Source of the DNA: Archangiaceae bacterium
Lineage (GTDB): Bacteria > Myxococcota > Myxococcia > Myxococcales > Myxococcaceae
Length of the DNA: 39,529 nucleotides
Assembly (NCBI GenBank): GCA_043750125.1
Contig: JAYVCD010000420.1
Span: 1 to 39,529 of the forward strand
Direction of reading: 5' to 3'
Shown: positions 17,418-25,478 of the stretch, piece after piece
Numbering within the stretch: position 1 is the stretch's first letter
How the letters are laid out: each line of letters opens with the position of its first letter
The notes under the pieces: model-generated
The model's database searches: none
What the model saw: only the letters and a program-made list of their open reading frames with translations
Told to the model about the DNA's origin: nothing
Translations under genes and position numbers: made by a program

Positions 17418-18337
17418 ACGCCTGGACGCGCTGGGCCGACCTGCTCGACCGCCGCGAAGGCGCGATTCCACTGGCGCTGTGCCGAATCATCGCCGCCGTC
17501 ACCGTCTGCCTTCACCTGGTGACGATGTGGACCAGCGGCACTGCGATGGGAGTCTGGGTCTCGGTGAAGTTCGGGGGCATTCGCGAATCAGATCTCGACT
17601 GGCTCGAGTTCCTCGGCGGTGCCACTCCGCTCAACATTCGCCTCGCGCTGGCCTTCGGGATCTGCAGCTCTGCCCTGATGGCGTTGGGCGCCTTCACCCG
17701 CGTCACCACCGTCTGCACCTGGCTGTCCTTCCGACTTCTCACCGGGCTCAACAACCACTCGGGCGGCTCGTCCGATGACCTGCTGGTCAACATTCTCTTC
17801 TTGCTGATGTTCGCCGGTTGCGGAGGCGCGCTCTCTTTCGACCGTCGCAACCAGGCTCCCGCCTACGTCCCCGTCTGGCCCCGCTACGTCCTCATCGGCC
17901 AGCTGGTGCTCGTCTACTGGATGACCGGCCTGCAGAAGGTCTCGGCCGCGTGGCTTCCCGGTGGCCCCCTCGACGCCCTCTGGTACATCTTTCAGCAGCC
18001 CTCGTGGCAGCGGATCCCGATGCTCTGGCTCGCCCGGCTGTATCCGCTGACCCAGCTCGGGACCCTGGTCGCCTGGACCTTCGAGCAGACCGCTCCGTTG
18101 CTGCTGTTGGCCTTCTGGTACCGCTACACCCCGCACCGGCCGGGCAGGGTGCGCGCGCTCTTCAACCGCCTCGACTTCCGCGCGGTGTACCTGGCCATCG
18201 GAGTGATGCTCCACCTGGGCATCTGGCTGACCCTCGAGGTCGGCCCATTTTTCGGAGGCGTGTTCGCGCTCTACGCCTGCTGCTTCACCGCCGAAGAATA
18301 CCGAAATTTCGTCTTCCGGATTCCAGCACGGCTGTAA
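17414..18337 (+). CDS. HTTM-domain polytopic membrane protein (gamma-carboxylase/SdpB-like superfamily)
   Basis: ATGA overlap; LALCRI, GAFTR, NNHSGGSSD, ALSFD, QLVLVYWMTGLQK, FE, HLGIW, VGPF; several TM helices. Confidence 0.8.
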   Translation: MNAWTRWADLLDRREGAIPLALCRIIAAVTVCLHLVTMWTSGTAMGVWVSVKFGGIRESDLDWLEFLGGATPLNIRLALAFGICSSALMALGAFTRVTTVCTWLSFRLLTGLNNHSGGSSDDLLVNILFLLMFAGCGGALSFDRRNQAPAYVPVWPRYVLIGQLVLVYWMTGLQKVSAAWLPGGPLDALWYIFQQPSWQRIPMLWLARLYPLTQLGTLVAWTFEQTAPLLLLAFWYRYTPHRPGRVRALFNRLDFRAVYLAIGVMLHLGIWLTLEVGPFFGGVFALYACCFTAEEYRNFVFRIPARL

Positions 18338-18393
18338 GCGCCCCTGTGTGGGTGCCTTCACGCCTACCGCAGCACTTTAATTGACGCTCAAAT

Positions 18394-18414
18394 CCCCGGT
18401 GGCTTCGGCCGGGG
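18394..18414 (+). promoter_or_regulatory. GC-rich hairpin with cUUCGg loop overlapping the ribosome-binding region of the cyclase gene
   Basis: CCCCGGTGGCTTCGGCCGGGG: inner GGC-TTCG-GCC, outer CCCC/GGGG, ending 6 nt before ATG 18421. Confidence 0.4.
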
Positions 18415-18420
18415 GGCCTT

Positions 18421-21400
18421 ATGTCCGTTCTGAAGGTCGAGCTTCAAGCTGCTGAACGCGCTGTCCAGCGGGCGCAGCGGGTCCTTTGGCAATCGCAGCG
18501 CTCCGATGGATCCTGGGATAGCGCCTGTGAAGTCGGGCCGTGGGTCACAGCTCAGGCCGTGGTCGCCCTTCGCTGGCTCGGGGTGCTCGACGAGGCCGAC
18601 ACCGCGGGCGCCGTGCGCTGGTTGGCAGGGCAGCAACGGCACGATGGCTCGTTTGCCATTCATCCCCTCGCGCCGCACGGCGACCTGGCCGCGACCGCTT
18701 CGGCCTGGGCTGCCCTTCATTCCTGCGGTGATGCCCAGGCCGCCGCTCGTGCCCGCGCCTGGGTCAACTCAAACGGTGGCGTCAATGCCGTCATCGAAAG
18801 GCTTGCGACCGGAGATCTCGCGGCGGTGTTCCTCTCCCTGGCCGGTGTCCTCGACCCGCGACGGCTGCCCCTGACCTCGACGACTTTCCTCCTGGCACCC
18901 CCTGTGCTGCACTTCCTGCAGACGCGGTTCCATTCCGGCGTCTTCATGGCCGCCTTCCAGCTCGAGCTGATCATTCGGCGCCTGCGCGGACACTTTGGCC
19001 AAGACGGCACTTCGATGCGGCTGCTCGACCGGGTGAAATCGAGGAAATGCATCGAGCTGCTGGCCCGGTTTCAAAACACTGACGGAAGTTGGAACGACAG
19101 CTCAGTCCTCAGCGTGCTTGCGCTTCCTGCCCTTGTCGCCGCCGGGCTGAAAATCAGTGATCCGATGCTCGCCCGACCGCTGCAATGGCTCGAAGCGCAG
19201 AAGATTCGCGACAAAGACGGGCTTCACTTCGCTGGCTTCGGCACCGAAGTCTGGTCCACCGGCTTCGATGTTCGCGCCCTGCTGGGCTCCGGCGCCGCGC
19301 CCTCTGACCCTCGGGTGCGTCACGCGCTGCAGTGGCTGACCCGCGCGCAGCTTCAAACTCCGATGCCGGCCGTCGACAACCGCCAGAAGGGCGCGCCGCT
19401 AACCGGAGCCTGGGCGTTTCAGGCCACCAACCACACCATGCCCGACGCCGACGACACCGGGGTCGTGCTCTCTGCTCTGGGTGCCGCGTTGAAATGGCGC
19501 GGCACCGGAGAGTTGGACAGCGACCTCCAACAGCGCCTGCGCGCTTGTGCCGACCAGGGCCGCGCGTGGCTGCGCGGAATGCAGAACCCCGATGGAGGCT
19601 GGTCGGCCTACGTCTGGGGCTTGCCGGGAAAGAAGCCCGGGCCCGCGATGTCCAGCGCCACCCGCGTGGATCCGCACGACCTCGTCTCGCTCGCCTCGTT
19701 GATCCTCCATCCGCCCGCCTCCTTGAGCGACCCCTCGACCGAAGATCTCACCGCCCGTGTTCTTCATGGCCTGGGGCAGCTGGGACATACGGTGCACGAG
19801 CCCGACATCGCCCGCGCGATCCGGTTTCTTCAGCAGCAGCAATGCGACAGCGGCGCGTGGTGGGGTCGCTGGGTCGTCAACTACCTCTCGTCTACCGCGT
19901 TCGTGCTGATGGCACTTCGCTCGGTCCGCGCCGACCTGCACGCGCCCTGGGTCCAGAAGGCAATCGCCTGGGTCCTCTCGAAACAAAACGCCGATGGAGG
20001 CTGGGGCGAGGGCCCCGAGTCCTATCGAAACCCCGCCCTCGCCGGCCTGGGCCCCAGCATGCCCCCCCTGACCGGGCTCGTCGTCCAGGGTCTGCTCGAC
20101 ACCGACCAGGGGGAGTCCGAGTCGGTCGAGCGGGCCATCGGCTACTTGCTGACCCAGCAGCGCTCTGACGGCACCTGGCCCAACGGCGAATATCTGCACG
20201 CCAACATTCCGCCCGAGACCTTCTTCGTCTACCCCGAGGCGGCCCGCTTTTATCCCACCGAGGCGTTGGGCAAATACCTCGCCTTTCGTCGCCAGCGCCC
20301 AGGTCCCCCCGGCCTGCCCCGATGGAATGGGCCACTGCTCGACGCGATGCGCGACACCGGGGACCCCCTCGCCGACGCAGTCATCGAAAACGTCTTCGCC
20401 ACCGGCGCGGGCCCCGCGGTTCGAGAGCTGATGGGAAACATTTTTCGCACCGACGAGCCGATGCCCCTCGGGCTGCCCGAAAATGTCGTCGAGTATTTCA
20501 GCGCCACGGCGCCCCTTCCGGCGTGGGCCGACCCGACGAAGATCGCTTTGGCCCAGCAGCTGTTTTCCCGCGCCGGGTGGCAAGCGGCGATTGGGTTGTT
20601 CTGTTCGGCCCTGCCTCAGTCCTACGCCGCCGCGAAGGGCGCCCACGTCATCGTCCAAACCCAGGCGCTGACCCGCCACGTGCACCAGCGCATCTTCGAG
20701 ACCGCGCAGTTCCTCTTCGATGTCCTCGATGACCAGGCCCTGTTCCCCGGCGGCAGAGGCATTCGCGCGATCCAGAAAGTGCGGCTGATGCATGCCGGAG
20801 TGCGGCACCTGTTGCTCACCCGCACTTCTGCGCCCTGGGACTCCGCTCGCCTCGGTCACCCCATCAACCAGGAAGACCTCGCCGGAACGTTGATGGGTTT
20901 TTCAGTCGTCACGCTCGACGCGCTCGATCGCCTGGGGTCCCCCGCCAGTCCCGGTGAGGCCGCCGCGTGGATCCACACCTGGAAGGTGATCGGCCACCTG
21001 CTCGGGGTCCGCGAAGACTTGTTGCCCGCCGACCATCACGATTCGGCTTTGTTGATGGACGCAATCCGAGATCGCCAGTGGGCTGCCTGCGCTGATGGCC
21101 AGGGGCTGATCAAACCTCTCATCGCCCTGATGGAAAGCTTCTGGCCCGGCCATGGGCTCGACGGGTTGCCGGTGGCGCTGGTCCGCCACCTGGCCGGAGA
21201 CCATTGCGCCGATCTGCTTGGCCTGCCCCGGGCCGACTGGACCCAGGTCCTCATTCGGGCGGGCAGCACCCTCGATGCGCTGCTGGGCCGAGCCACTCCC
21301 CAGCTCGCCGGGCCGCTGATCGCCCATGTCACCCAGTTGATGATGAAGGCCATCGTCGCGGTCAATCGAGAAGGAAAACAGGCCCGGTTCCGCCTTCCGA

Positions 21401-21441
21401 CCTCGCTTCTCCGCACGGTGGTGCCTGACGGTAATCGGTAG
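18421..21441 (+). CDS. Fusion of a squalene-hopene-cyclase-type class II terpene cyclase (aa ~1-620) and a DUF2236 Lcp/MpaB-type oxygenase (aa ~635-1006)
   Basis: PDADDTG acid motif; QW repeats QRSDGSW, QRHDGSF, QNTDGSW, QNPDGGW, QNADGGWGE, QRSDGTW; WWGRWVVNY. C-domain GDPLADAV, LPAWAD, RIFET, VRLMHAGVR, PINQEDLAGT, HTWKVIGHLLG. One uninterrupted ORF. Confidence 0.9.
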   Translation: MSVLKVELQAAERAVQRAQRVLWQSQRSDGSWDSACEVGPWVTAQAVVALRWLGVLDEADTAGAVRWLAGQQRHDGSFAIHPLAPHGDLAATASAWAALHSCGDAQAAARARAWVNSNGGVNAVIERLATGDLAAVFLSLAGVLDPRRLPLTSTTFLLAPPVLHFLQTRFHSGVFMAAFQLELIIRRLRGHFGQDGTSMRLLDRVKSRKCIELLARFQNTDGSWNDSSVLSVLALPALVAAGLKISDPMLARPLQWLEAQKIRDKDGLHFAGFGTEVWSTGFDVRALLGSGAAPSDPRVRHALQWLTRAQLQTPMPAVDNRQKGAPLTGAWAFQATNHTMPDADDTGVVLSALGAALKWRGTGELDSDLQQRLRACADQGRAWLRGMQNPDGGWSAYVWGLPGKKPGPAMSSATRVDPHDLVSLASLILHPPASLSDPSTEDLTARVLHGLGQLGHTVHEPDIARAIRFLQQQQCDSGAWWGRWVVNYLSSTAFVLMALRSVRADLHAPWVQKAIAWVLSKQNADGGWGEGPESYRNPALAGLGPSMPPLTGLVVQGLLDTDQGESESVERAIGYLLTQQRSDGTWPNGEYLHANIPPETFFVYPEAARFYPTEALGKYLAFRRQRPGPPGLPRWNGPLLDAMRDTGDPLADAVIENVFATGAGPAVRELMGNIFRTDEPMPLGLPENVVEYFSATAPLPAWADPTKIALAQQLFSRAGWQAAIGLFCSALPQSYAAAKGAHVIVQTQALTRHVHQRIFETAQFLFDVLDDQALFPGGRGIRAIQKVRLMHAGVRHLLLTRTSAPWDSARLGHPINQEDLAGTLMGFSVVTLDALDRLGSPASPGEAAAWIHTWKVIGHLLGVREDLLPADHHDSALLMDAIRDRQWAACADGQGLIKPLIALMESFWPGHGLDGLPVALVRHLAGDHCADLLGLPRADWTQVLIRAGSTLDALLGRATPQLAGPLIAHVTQLMMKAIVAVNREGKQARFRLPTSLLRTVVPDGNR

Positions 21442-21493
21442 GCGCTTGCCCGCACCGCAACCCGTAGGTTATCGGCCCCCCGAGACCTCTGCA

Positions 21494-22966
21494 GTGCTCC
21501 CTTCGTCCACTGATGTCTTCGCCCTCTTCGACTCGCTGGGCGCCGTCACGTTCGCGATTGACCCCGTCACCCTCGACATCCGTTTTTTCGGGTCTGGGGT
21601 GCGCGAGCTGTTGGGCCTCGCACCCGATGCGCAGTGTGAGGGCTCCTCATTCTGGAAAGAGCTCATTCCTGCGGGCGAGCTCAGCTCGGTGCTCGGGACG
21701 CTGCAAAGCGTCGCGGTCGACGGAACCTGCCGCACCTTCGAGCACCGCGCGCGCGTGCCCCACCGCGGCGAAGTCTGGTTTCGCACCCGGGTGCAGCGCT
21801 CGGATTCCAGCCCGTGCCTGGTCGGAGTAATGCACGACATCAGCACCGCCCGTCACACCGAGCGCCAGTGCCGCGAAAATGAGCAGTGGCTCGTGACGCT
21901 GGGCGAGACCTTGCCCTTCGACTTCTGGATCTGCGACCTCGAAGGCCGTTACCTGCTGCAAAACCCGGTGTCGATTCGGCGGCTCGGAAATGCCCTCGGG
22001 CGACGCAGCGTCGAGCTCGGTTTGCCCGCCGAAGCCCAGCGCCGCTGGCAGCACAGCTTCACCCGCGCGCTCGCCGGCGAGACTGTCCACGAGCGGCTCG
22101 AGTCCCAGGTCGACGGGGAACGACGATTCTTTGCCCGCGTGCTTTCCCCCCTCGGCCAGGGCCCGGAGATCAACGGGGTCCTGGGGGTCGACATCGACAT
22201 CACCCAACTGACGCAGTCCGAAGAACGCCTGCGCCAATCACTCGAGGATCTCGGGCTGGCTCAGGAAACGCTGGTTCGCCGGGAACAGCTCGCGGCGCTG
22301 GGCGAAATGGCCGCGCTGATCGCCCATGAAGTGCGCAACCCGTTGGGCTCGATCGCCAACGCAGTCACCTTGTTGCGCCGCGGCAACCCGCTCTCGGCGC
22401 CCGATTCCGGGCTGTGGGAAGTCATCAAGGACGAAGTTCAGCGCCTCGACCAGCTGGTCAGCAACCTGCTCGATTTCGTGCGCCCTTCCGTTCCGAAGTT
22501 TTCTCCCCGGTCACTCGAGAGCGTGGTCGAGGGCGCGCTGCTGCTTTCTTTGCGCACCGAGGAAGCCTCCGACCGGATCGAGATTGTTCGCAACGTCGAA
22601 GCGGGGCTGCCGCTGGTCTCCATCGACGGGCCGCTGCTCGAGGTCGCGTTGACCAACGTGTTTCGCAACGCGATGCAAGCGATGGCCGGCACCGGCCACC
22701 TTCACGTCGCGATCGGGCGCGAAGAGCGGGCAGACACCCAATGGGCCCGCATCACGATTCGCGACAGCGGCTGCGGCATCGTCCCCGAAGTCAGAAAGCG
22801 AATCTTCGAGCCCTTCGTGACGACCCGCGCCCGCGGGTACGGCCTGGGCCTGACCATCGTCAAAAAGGTTCTCGACCTCCACCTGGGTGAAGTCGATCTT
22901 CAAAGTGAGCTCGGGCAAGGCACCACCTGCGTGCTCCGGCTCCCCATTTTGCGAAAGGTCGGCTGA
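21494..22966 (+). CDS. Cytoplasmic PAS-PAS sensor histidine kinase
   Basis: Two PAS-like segments, LGEMAALIAHEVRNPL, NVFRNAMQA, DSGCGI, FEPFVTT, GYGLGL. The ORF could start at 21446. Confidence 0.92.
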   Translation: MLPSSTDVFALFDSLGAVTFAIDPVTLDIRFFGSGVRELLGLAPDAQCEGSSFWKELIPAGELSSVLGTLQSVAVDGTCRTFEHRARVPHRGEVWFRTRVQRSDSSPCLVGVMHDISTARHTERQCRENEQWLVTLGETLPFDFWICDLEGRYLLQNPVSIRRLGNALGRRSVELGLPAEAQRRWQHSFTRALAGETVHERLESQVDGERRFFARVLSPLGQGPEINGVLGVDIDITQLTQSEERLRQSLEDLGLAQETLVRREQLAALGEMAALIAHEVRNPLGSIANAVTLLRRGNPLSAPDSGLWEVIKDEVQRLDQLVSNLLDFVRPSVPKFSPRSLESVVEGALLLSLRTEEASDRIEIVRNVEAGLPLVSIDGPLLEVALTNVFRNAMQAMAGTGHLHVAIGREERADTQWARITIRDSGCGIVPEVRKRIFEPFVTTRARGYGLGLTIVKKVLDLHLGEVDLQSELGQGTTCVLRLPILRKVG

Positions 22967-22968
22967 AG

Positions 22969-23373
22969 GTGGGAACCTGGAAGGTGGATTCCGCGCTCTG
23001 GCCCGTCGTCATCCACTCGGTCGATGGGTCCTTGAGCAATGCCGAAATCGACGACTACGTCCGCGGCGCAACCGACGTTTTTTTGCGAAGCGGGTCCCAC
23101 GTCGCGATCATGGACATCTCGAAAATGGGGTCGGTCTCGGCGTATTCACGCTCTCGAAGCGCCGCCTGGCTCAAGCAGCACCGCGCGCAGCTCGCGCTGT
23201 CCTGCCTGGGAGTGGCCTATGTCATTCCGAACGCGCTGCTGCGGTTCATCACCATGACCGTGATGCTCGTCATCACCTTGCCGATGCCCTACGTGGTGGT
23301 CTCGACCCGCGCCGAAGCGCTGCTCTGGGCCCACCAGCGGCTGGGCTCAACCGATTCTGCAGCCCCACCCTGA
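22969..23373 (+). CDS. Small STAS/SEC14-like domain protein
   Basis: WPVV..., DISKMG, GVAYVI.NALLRFI.T, PY.VV.TRAEAL.WA pattern typical of myxobacterial STAS/SEC14-like proteins; starts 2 nt after the kinase stop. Confidence 0.65.
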   Translation: MGTWKVDSALWPVVIHSVDGSLSNAEIDDYVRGATDVFLRSGSHVAIMDISKMGSVSAYSRSRSAAWLKQHRAQLALSCLGVAYVIPNALLRFITMTVMLVITLPMPYVVVSTRAEALLWAHQRLGSTDSAAPP

Positions 23374-23377
23374 AGCC

Positions 23378-24247
23378 CTACTTCAGCGCTTCCGCACCCG
23401 AGACGATCTCCATCAGTTCCTTGGTGATCGCCGCCTGGCGGGTGCGGTTGTAGAACAGCGTCAGCTTGCCGATCATCTCGCCGGCATTCTTGGTCGCGTT
23501 CTCCATCGCCGTCATCCGCGCCCCGTGCTCGCTGGCCACCGAGTCGAGCAGCGCCCGGAAGATTTTGATCTTCAGCGCCTGCGGGACCAGCTTGTCGAGC
23601 ACCGTCTGGGCGTTGGGCTCGTACAGGTAGTCGACCTTCGTCCCGCCACTGCTCGCCGGCGCGGCCGCCTCGAACGGCAGCAGCTGCGAGAAGTTGATCC
23701 GCTGCGAGATGGCCGAGATGAACTCGTTGTTCGCCAGGTACACCGCGTCGATCTCGCCGGAAAGGAATCGCTGCGCCAGCTCGTCGGCCACCTCGGCGGC
23801 ACCGGCGTAGGTGACCTTGCTCATCATCCCCGGGTAGTCCTTGCGCATCTTGAAGCCGCGGGCGCGGAAGAAATCTCCCCCCTTGCGGCCGACCGAGGTG
23901 ATGGTCACTTCGTACTTCCCGCCGCTCTCGGTGAGGAACTTCAGCGCCCGCCGGTTGATGTTCGAATTGAACCCGCCCGCCAGGCCGCGATCTGAAGTCA
24001 GCACCAGCACTTCAATCTTCTTCACTTCCCGCTTCACCAGCAGCGGGTGGGCGACGTTCCCGTTCTCTGCGCGGCTCATCACCTCGGCGATCATCTTGTC
24101 GAGCGTGCTCGCATACGGCCGGGCCGAAACGATTGCGTCCTGGGCCCGGCGCAGCTTCGCCGCCGCGACCATCTTCACCGCCCGGGTAATCTGGCGGGTG
24201 CTCTTCACCGACTTGATGCGCTTGCGGATATCTCGAAGGGAGGCCAT
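23378..24247 (-). CDS. atpG: F1F0 ATP synthase subunit gamma
   Basis: [78 protein letters not shown]. Confidence 0.98.
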   Translation of the reverse strand: MASLRDIRKRIKSVKSTRQITRAVKMVAAAKLRRAQDAIVSARPYASTLDKMIAEVMSRAENGNVAHPLLVKREVKKIEVLVLTSDRGLAGGFNSNINRRALKFLTESGGKYEVTITSVGRKGGDFFRARGFKMRKDYPGMMSKVTYAGAAEVADELAQRFLSGEIDAVYLANNEFISAISQRINFSQLLPFEAAAPASSGGTKVDYLYEPNAQTVLDKLVPQALKIKIFRALLDSVASEHGARMTAMENATKNAGEMIGKLTLFYNRTRQAAITKELMEIVSGAEALK

Positions 24248-24364
24248 GGCTTTGGCGCGCGTATATCGGCCTCGTGGCGGGTGGGCAACGAAAGTCGGCC
24301 CGACTTAGGGCATATTGGGGCTGTCGAATTTTAGCGGGCCGGGGCAAGGTTTCTTCTTTCGCCC

Positions 24365-25477
24365 ATGAAACAGATTGTCATCGCCGGGACCTGCCTGTTT
24401 TTCATGGCCTGTACCCCGCAGAAACTCAAAAAGACGCTCCCTCCGGACATCCGGGTGGATACCTACGCCCAACAGTCGGCCTCCAAAATCGACGTCCTCT
24501 GGGTGGTCGACGATTCCGGCTCGATGGGCCCCCGGCAAGAGAACCTCGCCAAAAACTTCCAGGCCTTCATCGACGTCTTTTCCAGAGGCGCAATCGACTT
24601 CCGCATCGCGGTGACCACCAGCGACATCTTCAAGGTCCGCGGGCAGTTAAAGGGCAGCCCCAAGATTCTCACCCCCAGGACCCCCGGGCTGATCGCCGCC
24701 TTCGAGAGAAACGTGAAGGTCGGCATCGACGGCAGCCCCTACGAAGCCGGGCTTCAGGCCGCGCTGCTCGCCCTCGAGCTTCAAAAAGAGGCCAACGTCC
24801 CGAAGGAAACCGCCCGCCAGGCCTGCATCGCAATCTGCAAAGGCAACCCGACCTGCAGCGACACCTGCACCGTCACCAACCCGTTCGACTTCCTTCGCCC
24901 CGACGCCTACCTCTATTTGATCTTCGTCACCGATGAAGAAGACCAGTCCAGCGAAGACGTTCGCTTCTATTGGCGCTCGTTCGAGACCGCCAAGGGCCTG
25001 GGCAACGACGGCACCGTCACCACCGCGGCGATCATGGGCGATGTCCCCACCAACAGCTGCGGAGCCACTCCCGGCAGCCGCTACAAGGCCCTCTCAGAGC
25101 TCACCGGCGGCGATGTCGGCAGCATCTGCGACACCAATTTTTCGGCCACCCTGAAGAAGCTCGCCACCAACGCAGTGGGCCTGAAGCGGAAGTTCGCCCT
25201 GGGGAAGAAACCCAACCTTTCCACCATCGAGGTCTTCGTGAAGTACCCCTGCGATACCTCTGATGAAATCCTCAAGTCCTGCGCCTCGGTCGACAAGACC
25301 GACTGCCTCGGGAACCCGGCCGAATCGGTGAACCTCGTCTGCACTCCGGTGCACGACGGGCCCGACGGCTGGACCTACGAGCCGATGAACCAGGTCATCT
25401 TCTTCTCCGGTGAATCGGTGCCCTTCCTCAAAGGCCAGGTCGAGATTCACTACTACGAAGAAGGCATGGGGCCGTGA
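24365..25477 (+). CDS. vWA-domain lipoprotein
   Basis: Lipobox FMAC; MIDAS DVLWVVDDSGSM; DFRIAVTTSD; FLRPDA.L.LIFVTDEEDQS; GSIC. Confidence 0.85.
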   Translation: MKQIVIAGTCLFFMACTPQKLKKTLPPDIRVDTYAQQSASKIDVLWVVDDSGSMGPRQENLAKNFQAFIDVFSRGAIDFRIAVTTSDIFKVRGQLKGSPKILTPRTPGLIAAFERNVKVGIDGSPYEAGLQAALLALELQKEANVPKETARQACIAICKGNPTCSDTCTVTNPFDFLRPDAYLYLIFVTDEEDQSSEDVRFYWRSFETAKGLGNDGTVTTAAIMGDVPTNSCGATPGSRYKALSELTGGDVGSICDTNFSATLKKLATNAVGLKRKFALGKKPNLSTIEVFVKYPCDTSDEILKSCASVDKTDCLGNPAESVNLVCTPVHDGPDGWTYEPMNQVIFFSGESVPFLKGQVEIHYYEEGMGP

Positions 25478-25478
25478 G

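Noticed and set aside
18421-20290. Calling the cyclase a canonical shc/hpnF or an oxidosqualene cyclase
   Set aside because: It has DxDD and not DCTAE, so it is not OSC-like. The divergent pocket motifs, fused oxygenase and absence of hpn genes argue against assigning shc.
24365-25477. Naming the vWA lipoprotein cglB or cglD
   Set aside because: It shares the domain type only; orthology cannot be established by eye.
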